DNA from: Octopus vulgaris
Taxonomy: Eukaryota
Direction: 5' to 3'
NCBI GenBank assembly: GCA_951406725.2
Contig: OX597824.1
Span: 64,232,001 to 64,296,000 of the forward strand
Length of the DNA: 64,000 bases
Below the pieces are notes generated by a model that saw nothing but the letters and a program-made list of their open reading frames with translations, did not search any database and had not been told where the DNA came from. Each line of letters opens with the position of its first letter. Positions within the stretch are counted from its first letter, which is position 1. Of the stretch, positions 11,323-23,644 are shown one piece after another. Made by a program: the position numbers and the translations under genes.

Positions 11323-11495
11323 TGTCTATTCTGTTGAAGAGCGTAGGCTCGAAACGTTAAAGACTTGTTTTATTTATATTTCCTGAGCGCCATACTAATA
11401 CAATTGCTTGTTTGTATTCCACCTGCATTCGTCTTTTGTTTATTTCCGTAAACCTGCCTTCGTCTTTTGTCTATTTTCATAAAGCTTCCCGTTAT
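11322..11495 (+). mobile_element. Solo pLTR fragment of the Neptune-type PLE at the right window edge
   Basis: Reverse complement of 61599-61740; flanked by TA-rich repeats. Confidence 0.8.
11324..11364 (+). ncRNA. Hammerhead-like motif with CUGUUGA core
   Basis: GUCUauu-CUGUUGA-aGAGC-guag-GCUC-GAAAC-GUU-aAAGAC. Confidence 0.6.
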
Positions 11496-13205
11496 ATAAT
11501 ATATATAATATATATAATATATAATATATATATTATATATACAGAGCTGGGAGTAAGTTTGTTAATCCGTTAATCGTTCATTTTCGTTAACGATTTAACT
11601 TTTAAATTGATTGTGAAAATTATTATTGGACTAATTAATTTCCATTACATTTGGTTTTCATTAACTCAAGTTTGTTAACCCCATAAAATTTCATAAAAGC
11701 CGGTAAACATTTAAAAGTTTCTATTGTTTTTAGATTGTCTTAGCATATATATTATTGTACATGTCATTCTTCCAACCCTGATATAACGCCAGGCATTATA
11801 ATAAATAACTTGTAAGACCTCATTTGGCCCTGCCTGGATTTGAAACCAAAATCCAACCGCTTGTTGCTTGCAAAGACAGTAGGAAATTTCTTTGTCCGGT
11901 CAAGAGGTAACGGTGATTGATGTGTTTCCACTTGATCCATGACCTCACTGAGGTGGATGTCAACAGAGAAAATATTGACTGCCATAAAGTGAAAAAGATA
12001 AATGAAAGGAAAAAAGTTGGTAAATATTTCGGTGTGAACGCAAATTGCTGTTACATGGTAGCAGTGCATGCTAGAAATAGCATCAAAATCTTTCCTTTTC
12101 CGGAAAAAGGAGCCATTTATGCATGATTTCGCTGTCACATTTGTTGAAAGCATGCAAAATAACCCAGAAAAGAAAAAAAGACACGCGAAAGAAAACTTCC
12201 TTGATGGGAAACTTTGAGGTCACCACGACCCCGCCCACCTTTCTGTTCTGGAAAGAAAATGGCTTGCAACGGGTTTGGAGGTCAGATACATTGAATGCAC
12301 CCGAAAAAGCTGTGGAACAAAATTATTCTATACTGAGGTACGAAATATTTGCTAAAAGAATATAATTTTGTACCGATTATACCTGTATTTTAATTCAAAT
12401 GTACCTCATCTTAAAAAGTGGCAAAATTTTTGTCGGTTGCCATCTGGGATAATTTTAGTAACAAATCAAACAGGTAAGTTGCATTAAGAATTTCAATTTT
12501 AGCGTTTATTCATAATACTATTGCTCTTACATCTGTTACTTAAATTTACCTGCCCATAAAGTCAAATTTACTCAGCAAGATCAGCTAAAATTACACAACT
12601 ACAAACCAGTGGTAGATAAAGCACCCACTGACAAAATTTCAACTCTGTATGTAAAGAATTTTCAAAGTTACAAACAAATATTGTGGATACCCCTCTTGAA
12701 CCTGAATAATTCAAAATAATGTGAATAAGTATTACATTTGACAGATTAATATGAACAGTAAAGATGTCTTTAGGTTTCTTTTTTCTTACACACACGCACA
12801 ACATGGCCTCACTCGGTTGGGATTACATGTGTGTTACTTTGACATCATCATTCCATGAAATTTGCTTATGGGGAGAAAAATATTTAAAAATATCAATAGA
12901 TGTATGAATGAGAAAGAAATGAAGAGGAAGGTTTTGGGATGTGCTAGAAACAACAACCAAATCACCCTTAAATCACGCATTTTCCTCTGAAATTATTAAC
13001 AATTTTTTTAAAGCGTAAATGTTTCTCTCATGGGTTTTAAGTGCGTAGTGACAAAAAATGGCCCAAATCATTTCAGGCTGAGGTGGTGAGGGGTGATGAG
13101 GGGGTGGCGGGAGTGAGAAAAATTAAATTTTCAAAATTTTTCTTTTTTTCCGTGAAAAGATGCCTCCCATCATTCTGAAGACTTTCGTGAAAAACATTGG
13201 ATTAC

Positions 13206-13264
<59 letters not shown>

Positions 13265-13280
13265 CGTGTGCGTGTGCGTG

Positions 13281-14110
13281 CGTGTCTGATCAATAAGTAT
13301 TCAGACTGTCGCCATTGTCGCAAAGCTAAAGCACGCAGAGTGAAGCTGCTTGGCAAAGATTGACCTTGAACTCAGTTGTGTATGCGCACTAAGTTTTAAC
13401 ATTCCAGCTCACTTCCACTGTTTACAGCAGTGCTTAAAAGGAACGTGTGTAGCATTTGATCATCATATTGACCATGGCTCAGAGGCCTACGCAAAGTTGC
13501 AGTAAGTGTATGGAGAGAAGTGTATGAGATGTACACAAATTTGCGAGTGGTTCAGACGTTTCCAAGGTGGCCGAAAAAATGTCGGCATTGACGAATGTTC
13601 TGGGAGAACCGCAACCGACAAAACTGAGAAAAACATCATAGATGCGTGCAGCTGTGGGGGGAAATCGTCAAATCACCATGCGTGAGTTATCAAAGGATGT
13701 GCAGATTAGTAACGGATCAGTTCAGTCAATTATCACTGAAGATTTGTGTATGAGATGTGTGTCTGCCAAGTTTGTGTCAAAACTGCTTTCAACTCGGGTT
13801 TCATTTGCACAAGATCTCCTTGATTGTGTCAAGAATGATAAAAACTTTTTGAAAACTTTGCATAGGCTTCTGAACAGGTATCGCCAAGCCTTCGGAAAAA
13901 TTTGATGCAGATTCTTTGCTCAGCTTCCTCTGTCATAGTCAATGTAACGATCTCACGCTGTACACCTTCCTTCCAAGCACTGCTGTAAACAGTAGAAGTG
14001 AGCTAGAACGTTGACACTTAGTGTGCATGCACAGCAGAGTACAAAGTCAATCTGTGCCAAGCAGCTTCACTCTGTGTGCTTTAGCTTTAATATTTATTGA
14101 TCAGACCACG
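13281..14110 (+). mobile_element. Internally deleted mariner element
   Basis: TIRs gtctgatcaataa / ttattgatcagaccacg|TA; long subterminal inversion; HTH remnant NRQITMRELSKDVQISNGSVQSIITEDLCMRCVSAKFVSKLLS. Confidence 0.8.
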
Positions 14111-14699
14111 TATATATACAAACATATATGTACATGTATATACTTACACACATACACACACATTCCACACCCTCTTTTTCTGCTTTTTATAAGTATTTAT
14201 GTCGCTTCACCTATTTATCTCAGATGAATGAAAGGTGAGGTCGACAAACTTTGAGCACAAAATGTGAAGCACCATGCATGAAAGGGTAGGACCGATGGTG
14301 GGAGTGAGTATTAGGAACTAGTGGTATTCTAAGCACCAGCAGTTTTAATTCCCACCTTGAGAAGGTGGAATTATATATCATAAGCCAATTCTTTCCATGA
14401 GGTGTAAAGTAGGGCAATAACATACCCCTGATTTCTCATACCCCACCATTTCTATCACTGGGTGTTGTAGGAACTACATACAGTCTTGATACAAGGTGCC
14501 ACTCCCTCTCCTAAGAAGGTTTCTTTTATTACAATTCTATTCGTATCTTGGGTATGTTATAGACAGTCACTTTGGGACATACAAGGTGCATTCAAAGCAT
14601 ATCTGACTTTACAGTTCTATATTTAAGAGATGAGGAATTATGTACATTATTTACATTATTTACATTTGACAGATATTTATCCTCATCTTGTTTGTTGTT

Positions 14700-14742
14700 A
14701 ACACGTTTCGGCTGAGATACCCTCCAGCCTTCATCAGGTGTC
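14700..14742 (-). ncRNA. Hammerhead ribozyme copy with a small deletion at the cleavage site
   Basis: GACAC-CUGAUGA-aGGCUG..CAGCC-GAAACGUGUU versus GAAACGUUGUGUU in the sister copy. Confidence 0.55.
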
Positions 14743-14806
14743 TTGGGGAAATTTCAAATGTGGGTTCTCATTCCTAAGGTATTTTTCGATGCTATTATTA
14801 TTATTA

Positions 14807-14854
<48 letters not shown>

Positions 14855-14856
<2 letters not shown>

Positions 14857-15790
14857 TAGTTTTATTTTTATAGCGTGCTTTCACTTCACTACCGAGCGCA
14901 GCTCTGTGTGCCTTGGGTATGTGCTGTGATTTGTTGTGATGCTCTGATGGTTATTGTATGGAAAGTGTTCTGCGTAGGATGTGTGCAGTGCCTAGTAGTG
15001 CAATTTTCTGTATGTTATATGTGTTTGTAAGTCCTGGTGTTTTTGTTATGTATTTGTCTGAATTTTTTTTATCATGCCTAATGCACCTACTATGATAGGA
15101 ATTGTTTCTGTTTTCAGATTCCACATTCTAGTTACCTCTATTTCCAGGTCTTTGTATTTTGAGAGTTTCTCCATTTCTTTTAGAGACACGTTGTCATCTG
15201 CCGGTATTGATACATCAATTAGAAAGCATTTTTTTCTTCATGATCTCTGACAACTATATCTGGGCTGTTGGCCTTAATTTCTCTATCTGTGTATCGGCAT
15301 ATCCCAGAGTATGGTTGCTTTCTCGTTTTCTGTGACCTTTTCTGGTGTGTGCCTATACCATCTTTTTTCTGTTGTTATTCCATAATGTTGGCATAGCTTC
15401 CAATGTATGTAGGTTCCAACTCTGTCATGTCTGTGAATATATTCCTTCTTAGCCAGGACTGGGCAGCTAGAGATAATATGATTTATTGTTTCTTGTCCAT
15501 CTCCACATATTCTGCAGTTACTTGTAATATTTCTTTTCATTACATGTTTTTGGTAATTTCTGGTGGGGAGGCTTTGGTCTTGTGCTGCAATTAAAAATCC
15601 CTCTGTTTCTGCTTTGAGTCCTGAGCTTCTCAACCATTGCTGGGATTTTTCTTTGTCTATTTCTTTTGCGTTTAGTTTAGTGCAGTATTTACCATGAAGG
15701 GGCTTTTCTTGCCATCGTTTTATCATGGTTCGTTGCTGTTCTATTTTTAGTTTGGATTTCATTTGTTTTATAGCTTTTGTTGTTTCTTCA
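14855..15790 (-). mobile_element. R4/Dong-like non-LTR retrotransposon 3' fragment (CCHC knuckle + restriction-like endonuclease)
   Basis: KPLHGKY, AAQDQSL, CRICGDGQETINHIISSC, RHDRV, LWDMPI, PDIVV, LIDVSIP; bounded by (TAT)n arrays. Confidence 0.85.
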
Positions 15791-15797
15791 TCATCTT

Positions 15798-15828
<31 letters not shown>

Positions 15829-15837
15829 TTATTATTA

Positions 15838-15891
<54 letters not shown>

Positions 15892-15939
15892 TCACTGCCT
15901 GGAATCGAACTCACCAATAATAATAATAATTAATTCTGG

Positions 15940-16695
15940 TTTATTGGCCACAAGGGCTAATATAAATAAAAAAAAAACATGAAAGGATAAAGACAGGACA
16001 ATAAAAACAAAGGGTTTTGCAAAAAGAAAAGGTCCATATAAACATTTGATAACAGCAAAAAATATAACAAGTTAAAACTCCCAATAGGGGGAGGTGCTTT
16101 GAAAAACCCATAAAAGCCACAGGAGTCTGGTCAGACAGGGTGAGAGCCCCTTCTCCTTTTATATTCCTTGTTTTACAGGTGTAATCTCAGAATTGGTCCG
16201 TTCATACTGGCCATTCTTCCAGCATTTACCCACTATTCAACAAATTTGCTACGAGACAACACTTCCCTCTCTACTCTCACCTTCCTTTTCAAGTGGAACT
16301 TGAAAAAGTTGATGAGGCCTTGGCCAAAGAGGAAAGCGTCTAACTTTAGTCTTTTCAAATGGGTCCACCATACCACCACTTTCACTACAGCTACTAGACA
16401 AATGAAAATTGCCTTTCCCTCCTGGTTAAAGGAGGTCAGTGGGGCAATCTTCACTATGGATTCAGTTGATAGCCGGATCCGTCCTACATGTGACAGTAGC
16501 TGTTCAACATAAACCCACAGGTCACCAATACTCAGGCACTGGACAAGTGCATGCAGAACAGTTTCGTTGCTCTGAGTGCACCTTGAGCAGGCCCGGCTGC
16601 CAGCACTTCCGTGCCAGTAGAGTTTGTCCCGAACTGGCAGTGCCCCTCGGTAGCACTGCTAGGCGAGGGACTTTTGGAAGGTATCCATGGGCCAA
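15940..16695 (-). mobile_element. L1/Tx1-like LINE 3' fragment (zf-RVT region)
   Basis: Degenerate C..C...ETVLHALVQCLSI.DLWVYVEQLL...KIAPL; ends toward A/T-rich tail. Confidence 0.6.
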
Positions 16696-16786
16696 TAAAA
16701 ATAATAATAATAATAATAATAATAACAATAATAATAACATCAAACAATACCTTAGGAATGAGAACCCAGGTTCAAAATGTCCCCAA

Positions 16787-16832
16787 GACACCTGATGAAG
16801 GCTGGAGGATATATTAGCCGAAACGTTGTGTT
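16787..16832 (+). ncRNA. Minimal type I hammerhead ribozyme
   Basis: GACAC-CUGAUGA-aGGCUG-gaggauauau-UAGCC-GAAAC-GUU-GUGUU; loopless palindromic AACGUU stem III. Confidence 0.8.
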
Positions 16833-18002
16833 AACAACAAACAAGATGAGGACAAATATCCATCAAATGTAAATAATGTATATCTGACTTTATTTTTTCC
16901 CCACCAAAACTAATGCCGTGTGGGCAAAATCCTTTGAGTGGGAGATTACCCTTCTTCTGCATGCATGAAAATGTCAGTTCCCAGCTGTTATGCCTAGAGT
17001 ACAGACATGTAGTGTGTGCTCGTTCGAGTTTCATTCTCACACAAGATGACCAAATACATCAAGCAGAGACCATAAACCCATGTCTCATCTCATAATCAGA
17101 GATGATGGTCTTCACGAAGTCTAGGCCATGGTTTGCATGGGCCGGTATGTTCTGCACAATTTCCAAACAGAGTTGTTCCTCTTGCTCCAACAGCAACTAG
17201 GGGGAACATTTCCCCAAACTCCACATGCACAAATCCTCTATCAAAATGGAATGCACTGATCCTGTGCTTATTTCCAGCAATTTCCTGCATTCGTACATGA
17301 CAGTCCTCAATGATTATTTGCTGAACTTTTCCAATCAGCACCACATTTTGGCTTGTGGATGACCTGCTTGGGCATGCCTCACTTTCGATTGAGGTGTGGC
17401 CATGTTTGAAATGGTTGTACCACTCCTTGATCTGAGTTTTGTCTATGACATCATCGCCAAAGCCTGCCGGATTTTCTGATTGGTTTTGAGCTTAAGTATC
17501 ACCAAACTTTTGGCAAAACTTGATACAATATCTCTGCTTGATGTGTTCAGTGAAAGCAAAAATCCACCGAGTTCCTACTACACATCTGTACTCTAGGTAT
17601 AACAGCTAGGAACTGAAGATTTTCACACATGTCCAGGAAGGGTGGCATCACCTCCCACCCAAAGGATTTTTATCTACACAGCATTAGCTTTGGCAGAAAA
17701 AATAAAGTCAAATACTTTTTGAATGCACCTTGTATATCAATGAGTAATTACCAAATAATTAATTCTGTTGACCCCAGAAGAATGAGAGCAACAGTTGACC
17801 ATAACAGGATTTGAACTCAGAACATAAAGAGCTGCAATGCCCTTTCATTACTACAAGAAATTTTAAATACCACTCAGCACTATATATAGCCTACCAGTAC
17901 ACGTGTTTGAAATGGGCAGTTCAGAAAGAGTATTTGACTGCTATTTATAGGAGCACAGCCATGTCCATGGATAAGAAGTATGCCTTACAACAACTCCCAC
18001 TC

Positions 18003-18058
<56 letters not shown>

Positions 18059-18329
18059 GGGATGGGATGAAATAATAAAAGCCTCATTTTATATTTATAG
18101 TCTATTGACCTATATGACAAATTTATATGTATTATGTACATCTTCTACCTCATTATATAGCCCTCTGTTTTCTTTTTTTTTTTTCTTTTGCAAATATCTA
18201 TATTCAAACAAGTTAAAATGCTTGACCTGTCTGATTTCTGAAGAGGACAAATTATTGGGGCATGAATGGCTGGAGTTTCAATCGCTAAAATTACTGAATT
18301 GTTTAGTGCTTCTACAGGCAAAGTCTCTA

Positions 18330-19440
18330 AAATTTTGTGGCCATTCTAAAAAACCAAGAAATGGCAAGCGTAATTCTGGAGGGAAGGCAATGTTCTCAAA
18401 GAAAGACTGCAAAATATTGAACAGTATTGTCTAAAAACAATCAAACTATGACAGCAAAAGTGACAGCAGAACTAAACCACAACCTTACAAAAACCATTCA
18501 TCATGATCTCCATAAAGATGGATACCATAGGAGAACTGCAATTTCTTAACCTTTCCTCTCCCTCAACATTGATAAACACAAAAGATGATGTCTGTACTAT
18601 AAGACGTGGTCAATGGCCCAATGTAATTTTCTCTGACGAATCATCATTTATTCCTTTTCCAACTTCATAGTATGTTTATGTCTGAAGACATAAGAAGCCT
18701 TCAACCTTGACAGTTTGGCCCCTGCATGAAGCAGTGAGTTGACTCTGTGATATGGGCAGTCATTTCATGGAATTCCTTTGGCCCTAGGAAGCATTACTCT
18801 GGATGGAAGAAGGCAGTGCTCACATAGAGCTACCTCAAAACAGTGAAAGGTATAGTATATAAAAACCATCAAACTATGGCAGTAAAAGTGACAACCAAGC
18901 TAAACCATAACTTTGCCAACTCTGAGTCAACAAATACCATTCAGATCATGAGCTCTATGAAGGTTGATACCTTAGAAAAGCTGCAATTGCTAAACTGCCT
19001 CCTATCTCCTATCAACATCAATAAACAGGAAAAAAAACATTGTCTAGAATGGCCAGTTATTCGATGTAGTCTTCTCTGGTGAATCATCGTTCATTATTTT
19101 TCCCCACTTCAGAGCAAGTTTATGTCTAGAGACTACCAAAGAAACTTTCAACACTGACTGTTTCGTTCCTACCATGAAGCATGGAGATGGCTTTATGATG
19201 ATTTGAGCATGCATATCAAGGAAATTATCTTGGCTCTTTAAGTATTCTACATGGCAGAGTTAACAGCATGGATTATCTGAATATTTTCGTTGATCATGTC
19301 CATCCTGTGATACAAATATTGTTCCCTGGCAGTTGCACAACCTTCCAGGATGATAATGTGCTGTGTCACACAGTTAATGTTATTCAAAACTGGTATGAAA
19401 AGCACAAAAGCAAAGTAGATCACTTGGACTAGCTCTCATC
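18330..19440 (+). pseudogene. Two tandem degenerate Tc1 transposase fragments
   Basis: Repeated ...TAKVTAELNH / VIFSDES.F / FQDDN motifs similar to the Tc1 at 31.4-32.4 kb; many stops. Confidence 0.7.
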
Positions 19441-19977
19441 ACAGATTAAATGTTCAAATGTCAGCTCAATCTGGAATAATTAGTAATTGTTTTTATAATC
19501 AAGACTAATTAATAACAGACAGCCCTTAAATTTTTATTTCCAATTCTTTTTTTGCCTTTAAGTGTCTTATACATTTAAGCACTTCTTATGATAAAATGAA
19601 ATCAGCAATTAAGTAGAGTTGTTAGAGTATTGAATAGAACGCTTTGTAGTCTTTGTTCCAGTTCTCAGAATTCTGAGTTTAAAACCTGCCAAGGTCAACT
19701 TTGCTTATCCTCCTTCAGAGAGTGATAAAAAATCTTAAGATCAAGTGTCTAGTTGCCTAAACACAAAGCTGTGAGAGAAAAAATAAATTACAGAGGCTCT
19801 AAATTTTAAAATTTAGAAAAAAATACATAGCAAAAAATTTGCATATACATTCTTGTATATACCAAAAGGTTAAACTTTATTTTAGAATGTAAAAATAGTA
19901 GATGCAAAATGTAAAAGAAATGAGACTAAAAGAACTGGAAGTGACAAAAGTTACCTAAGAAAATTATTAAAAATAAA

Positions 19978-20370
19978 TCAGGAGTGGCTGTGTAGTAAGA
20001 GGTTTGCTTTCCAATCATGTGGTTTCAGGTTCAGTCCCACTGCATAGCACCATGGCCAAATATCTTCTACTATAGCCTTGGGCCAACCAAAATCTTGCGA
20101 ATAGATTTGGTAGGTAGAAACTGAAAGAAGCCCATCATATGTGTGTGTGTGTCTTTGGGTCTCTGTTTGTGTCCCACTACAATTTGACAACCAGTGTTGG
20201 TGCGTTTATGTCCCCATAACTTAGTGGTTCAGCAAAAGGAACCAATAGAATAAGACTCAAAAACTATTAAGTACTGAGGTCAATTCATTATTCAACTAAA
20301 TATTCTTCAAGGCAGCATCCCAGCATGGCCACAGTCTAATGACTGAAATAAGTAAAAGATAAAAGATATT
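19978..20370 (+). mobile_element. SINE family A copy (CpG-decayed)
   Basis: Colinear with 5325-5742. Confidence 0.85.
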
Positions 20371-21177
20371 TTTCATTTATACACTGCATAAATAAGATTT
20401 GACAACAGATTCTTCTAGAATGCATTTGAGCTCTAATATTTGGACTTCACCTATGAGATTAAGATATAAAATTTATATGATGAATTGCTATTACTCAATG
20501 TATTTTGCATATCTGTATGATGACTATGGTATTCAAACGGAAGAAAGATGCTGACATTGGGAAAAATATACAGTTTAGTCTCTCACAAAAGTGATGCCAA
20601 ATTGTGCCATGAGGAGTGTTCCCATAACTTCATTAACAGATCTGGTGAAATATTGTTATTTCATTAACAGAACTCCCTTGTTGGGTCACATTCACAGGCA
20701 CCTTGTTGTATTGTAGCTTCAACATTATTTCATTCTATAATTCAGAAAGTGAAACCACAGAACTTGGCAGAGATTGTAATATACTGGAAACTTTGACAGT
20801 GAAACAAAAGTGAGGGAAGTGCTTCCTTTCAAATGAAATAAAAGTGATACAAACCTGATGTAGCAATAAAATGAAAATTGTAAAATATGATTTTTTTTTT
20901 GCTTGTTTTTGTAAAATGCTTTGGATATATTTTATTAATATGTAATAATAAACTAAAATACATGAATTATACAACATAATACTGTCAAAGACATTAAACA
21001 AATTATGTAAACCATTTCTGCTAGTCTGTACAAGATAGCCAATACAACACCTTCTTCTCTAAAATAGCAATTTCCCCATCTCATAGAGTTTATATATTGG
21101 TGAGTGGCACTTGACTGCAAACAATATGTTGTTATAGACCAGGTCAGTATTGGCACAGAAGCACAGTAACTGTTTTT

Positions 21178-21542
21178 AACAGTTGCAGGACATCCAGACC
21201 TTGGGTCATCTTCAAGAATCTCCCTTCCCCACCTTAATTCAGCTGCCCACTTTTGCACTGTTGATAAAGCATTATTCCCTAATGCAGCAACTATGTCAGC
21301 ATGGGGACAAGACCCTTTTTCTGCAGCTACTTCCATAACACCACGATGCCAAATTTTGTCCATTTTCAAGAAAATTCACTACTAGTTACTTTTGAAGTCT
21401 ACTTTGAACAGTCAGATGTCAGTTTACCTGGAATGAAACAATGCAGTTATTAATAAGATTTGAAATTAATGCAAGCAAGATTTCACAGCTTTAGCATCAT
21501 TCCTTCATAGTCAGCCTATGAACCTTTTCAGCCCATCGTCAT
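21178..21542 (-). mobile_element. Mariner 5' fragment
   Basis: MDKIWHRGV...TVQKWAAELRWGREILEDDPRSGCPAT. Confidence 0.75.
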
Positions 21543-23234
21543 ATATGGCTGTGATTGCTGGAGCCTGAAGCCTACCCTGCACAAGTCTCTAATTGAGTAC
21601 TACAATGAGTACACCACAATATCGTGTCTAATCATTAATATCAAAGAGAATGTGCACATTAACAAGCTTCAGTACAGAGGTTTAGAAAAGGAAACAGCTG
21701 TTAGAAGAAATTAGATTAACTGGTCATTGCCAGAGAAACACCAGGAAATTCCCAACCCAACCAACAGGCTGGTGCTGTAGGCATTAACACATGATCATTG
21801 AAGGAAATCAAACTACAGTGTGTAGATCTTGACTAGATAGACTATTGTACTTAGATGTTGACCAGATAGACAGTAGCGTTGGAATGTTGATTTGATATTT
21901 ATTACATATCTTCTCCTAACAAATTTACATTCTCTAATACTTTCCACTTACTCTAATAATCTCCCTTTTCTCTCACTCTCTGTTTTGTTTTCTCTGTCTC
22001 TTGTTTTCTATTCTATCTGTTTATCTTGACTTATTTTTCTCCTCCCTTCCTCCTCCTTCTCCACCTTCCTCTTCTTCTTCTTCTTCTTCTTCTTCTTGCT
22101 CTTACAATATTTCCTTCTCTCTCCCTCTCTCCTTTCACTGCTCTCTCTCTCTTTTTCTCTCTCTCACTCTTCCTCTCCCTTCCCACTCTCTGCCCTCTCT
22201 CCATATTCTCTCTCACACACATTGTTTCCTTGTTTCACATCTGTTTCTCACCTTCTCTCTTTCTCTCTCTCCCCCCTCTCACACACATACACACTCTATA
22301 TTATCCATATTCTAATATGAAAACAGATAAACAAACAATAACTGTGTGAATGATTCTCCTATTTACCAAGATATAAAATTCCAGACTCCAACAGGGATAG
22401 TCAACTGTCTCTGCCATGAGAAAAAAATGAAAAGACATTGGTGAGATTTAATAAAATTCACAGAATACTTATTATATTAGACAATGACGACAGTAATATC
22501 AATGATAGCAGCAACCACAAAGCATGTCCTTGGAAAAACTTATAAACATCTTTAAAGAAATTTGAGAAAAACCTACTTTACCAGTTTCTCTAATATCAAA
22601 GAGATTCACAAAAGAGGAAAAGCCAATTTGGTTTTCTTCTCCCCCCCCACACCCTTTTTACCTGCAGGATTGCGTAGTTAAGAAGCTCACCTAGCACCTA
22701 TGTGATGGTTTTGGGTTCAGTTCCACTGCAAAGCAAAGTATTTTGGGCCAGTGTCTTGTGGTATATCCTTGGACTGACCAATGCCTTGTGAGTGGATTTT
22801 GTAGACAGAAATTGTATGAAAGCCTGTTGTGTATAATTGTGTTATCTATCATGGTGCTGTCAACTAGGATAGCCAGGCCTTCTTTTGGATTCATCTGGGG
22901 GTGACCCAACATTTCCTCTGTTCCTTCTTCACATTTAATAACCTTTCATACTAGTTCTTCCATACCTCTTTCTTTCCAGGATCACTTAGAGCAAACATAC
23001 CATCATCTGTCTGTACACACTTCTCTCTCACAACATCTTGATTCTCTCTAACATAGTGTCTGGCAATCTGAAACACCTCAAGTCTCTGATTTTCATGTTG
23101 TCTTCCTTTCTACTTCTGTCCTAACTAGAAAAACATGATGCCTAGCTTCTCTTTTAGCTATCTGATATGGTTTTTTGCTACCCCAGCTTTTCCACTCTTT
23201 CTAAGTCCGTCTCTTCTCTTTTATATCCCTGCTG

Positions 23235-23640
23235 ACCTGGTCCTTCCATTGAATCCTCATGACTGCACGAAGTTTGTGCTGTTGGAAATGTTCAATTTTC
23301 TTTAAGTCTCATTAATACAGCACCCATGTCTCACAGATGTAGACGAGGGTGGAAATGATGATGGCTCAAAATACCATGATTTTCTTTTGGATGGTGAAGT
23401 TATGGTTTAAGAAGAATTGTTTTGAGAGTCTTTCAAAAGCAGTATAGGCTGTGCTGAACTTATTCATGGTGTCTTTCTGAAAAGTGCAATAACTGGACAG
23501 GTAGCTTCCAAGGTATGGGAAAGCCTCCTTGGTTTCCAAGACAATGCAACATTGGTGTCAGGGGAGGTTGACCAGGGGCTCCCTGTGCAAGGATCTTCAT
23601 CTTCATTATGTTTGTAGCCAAACCAAAGTGGTTATACAAA
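23235..23640 (-). mobile_element. RTE(BovB)-like LINE RT fragment
   Basis: FGLATNIMKMKILAQ, FPYLGSYLS, STLVYICETWVL, IEHFQQHKLRAVMRIQWKDQV in shifted frames. Confidence 0.65.
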
Positions 23641-23644
23641 TTTT

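Larger units (their letters stand above)
14611..16879. mobile_element. Inverted pair of PLE pLTR fragments bounded by a 12-bp TSD
   Basis: ~14643-14800 is the reverse complement of ~16715-16879; ATATCTGACTTT at 14599-14610 and 16880-16891. Confidence 0.75.
14582..17732 (-). mobile_element. Mariner remnant interrupted by a nested retroelement cluster
   Basis: TIRs TA|caaggtgcattcaaa and tttgaatgcaccttg|TA; degenerate transposase on minus strand at ~16900-17520. Confidence 0.75.

Noticed and set aside
18235-18300. CTGAAGAGGAC hammerhead start
   Set aside because: No matching stem II partner or GAAAC downstream.
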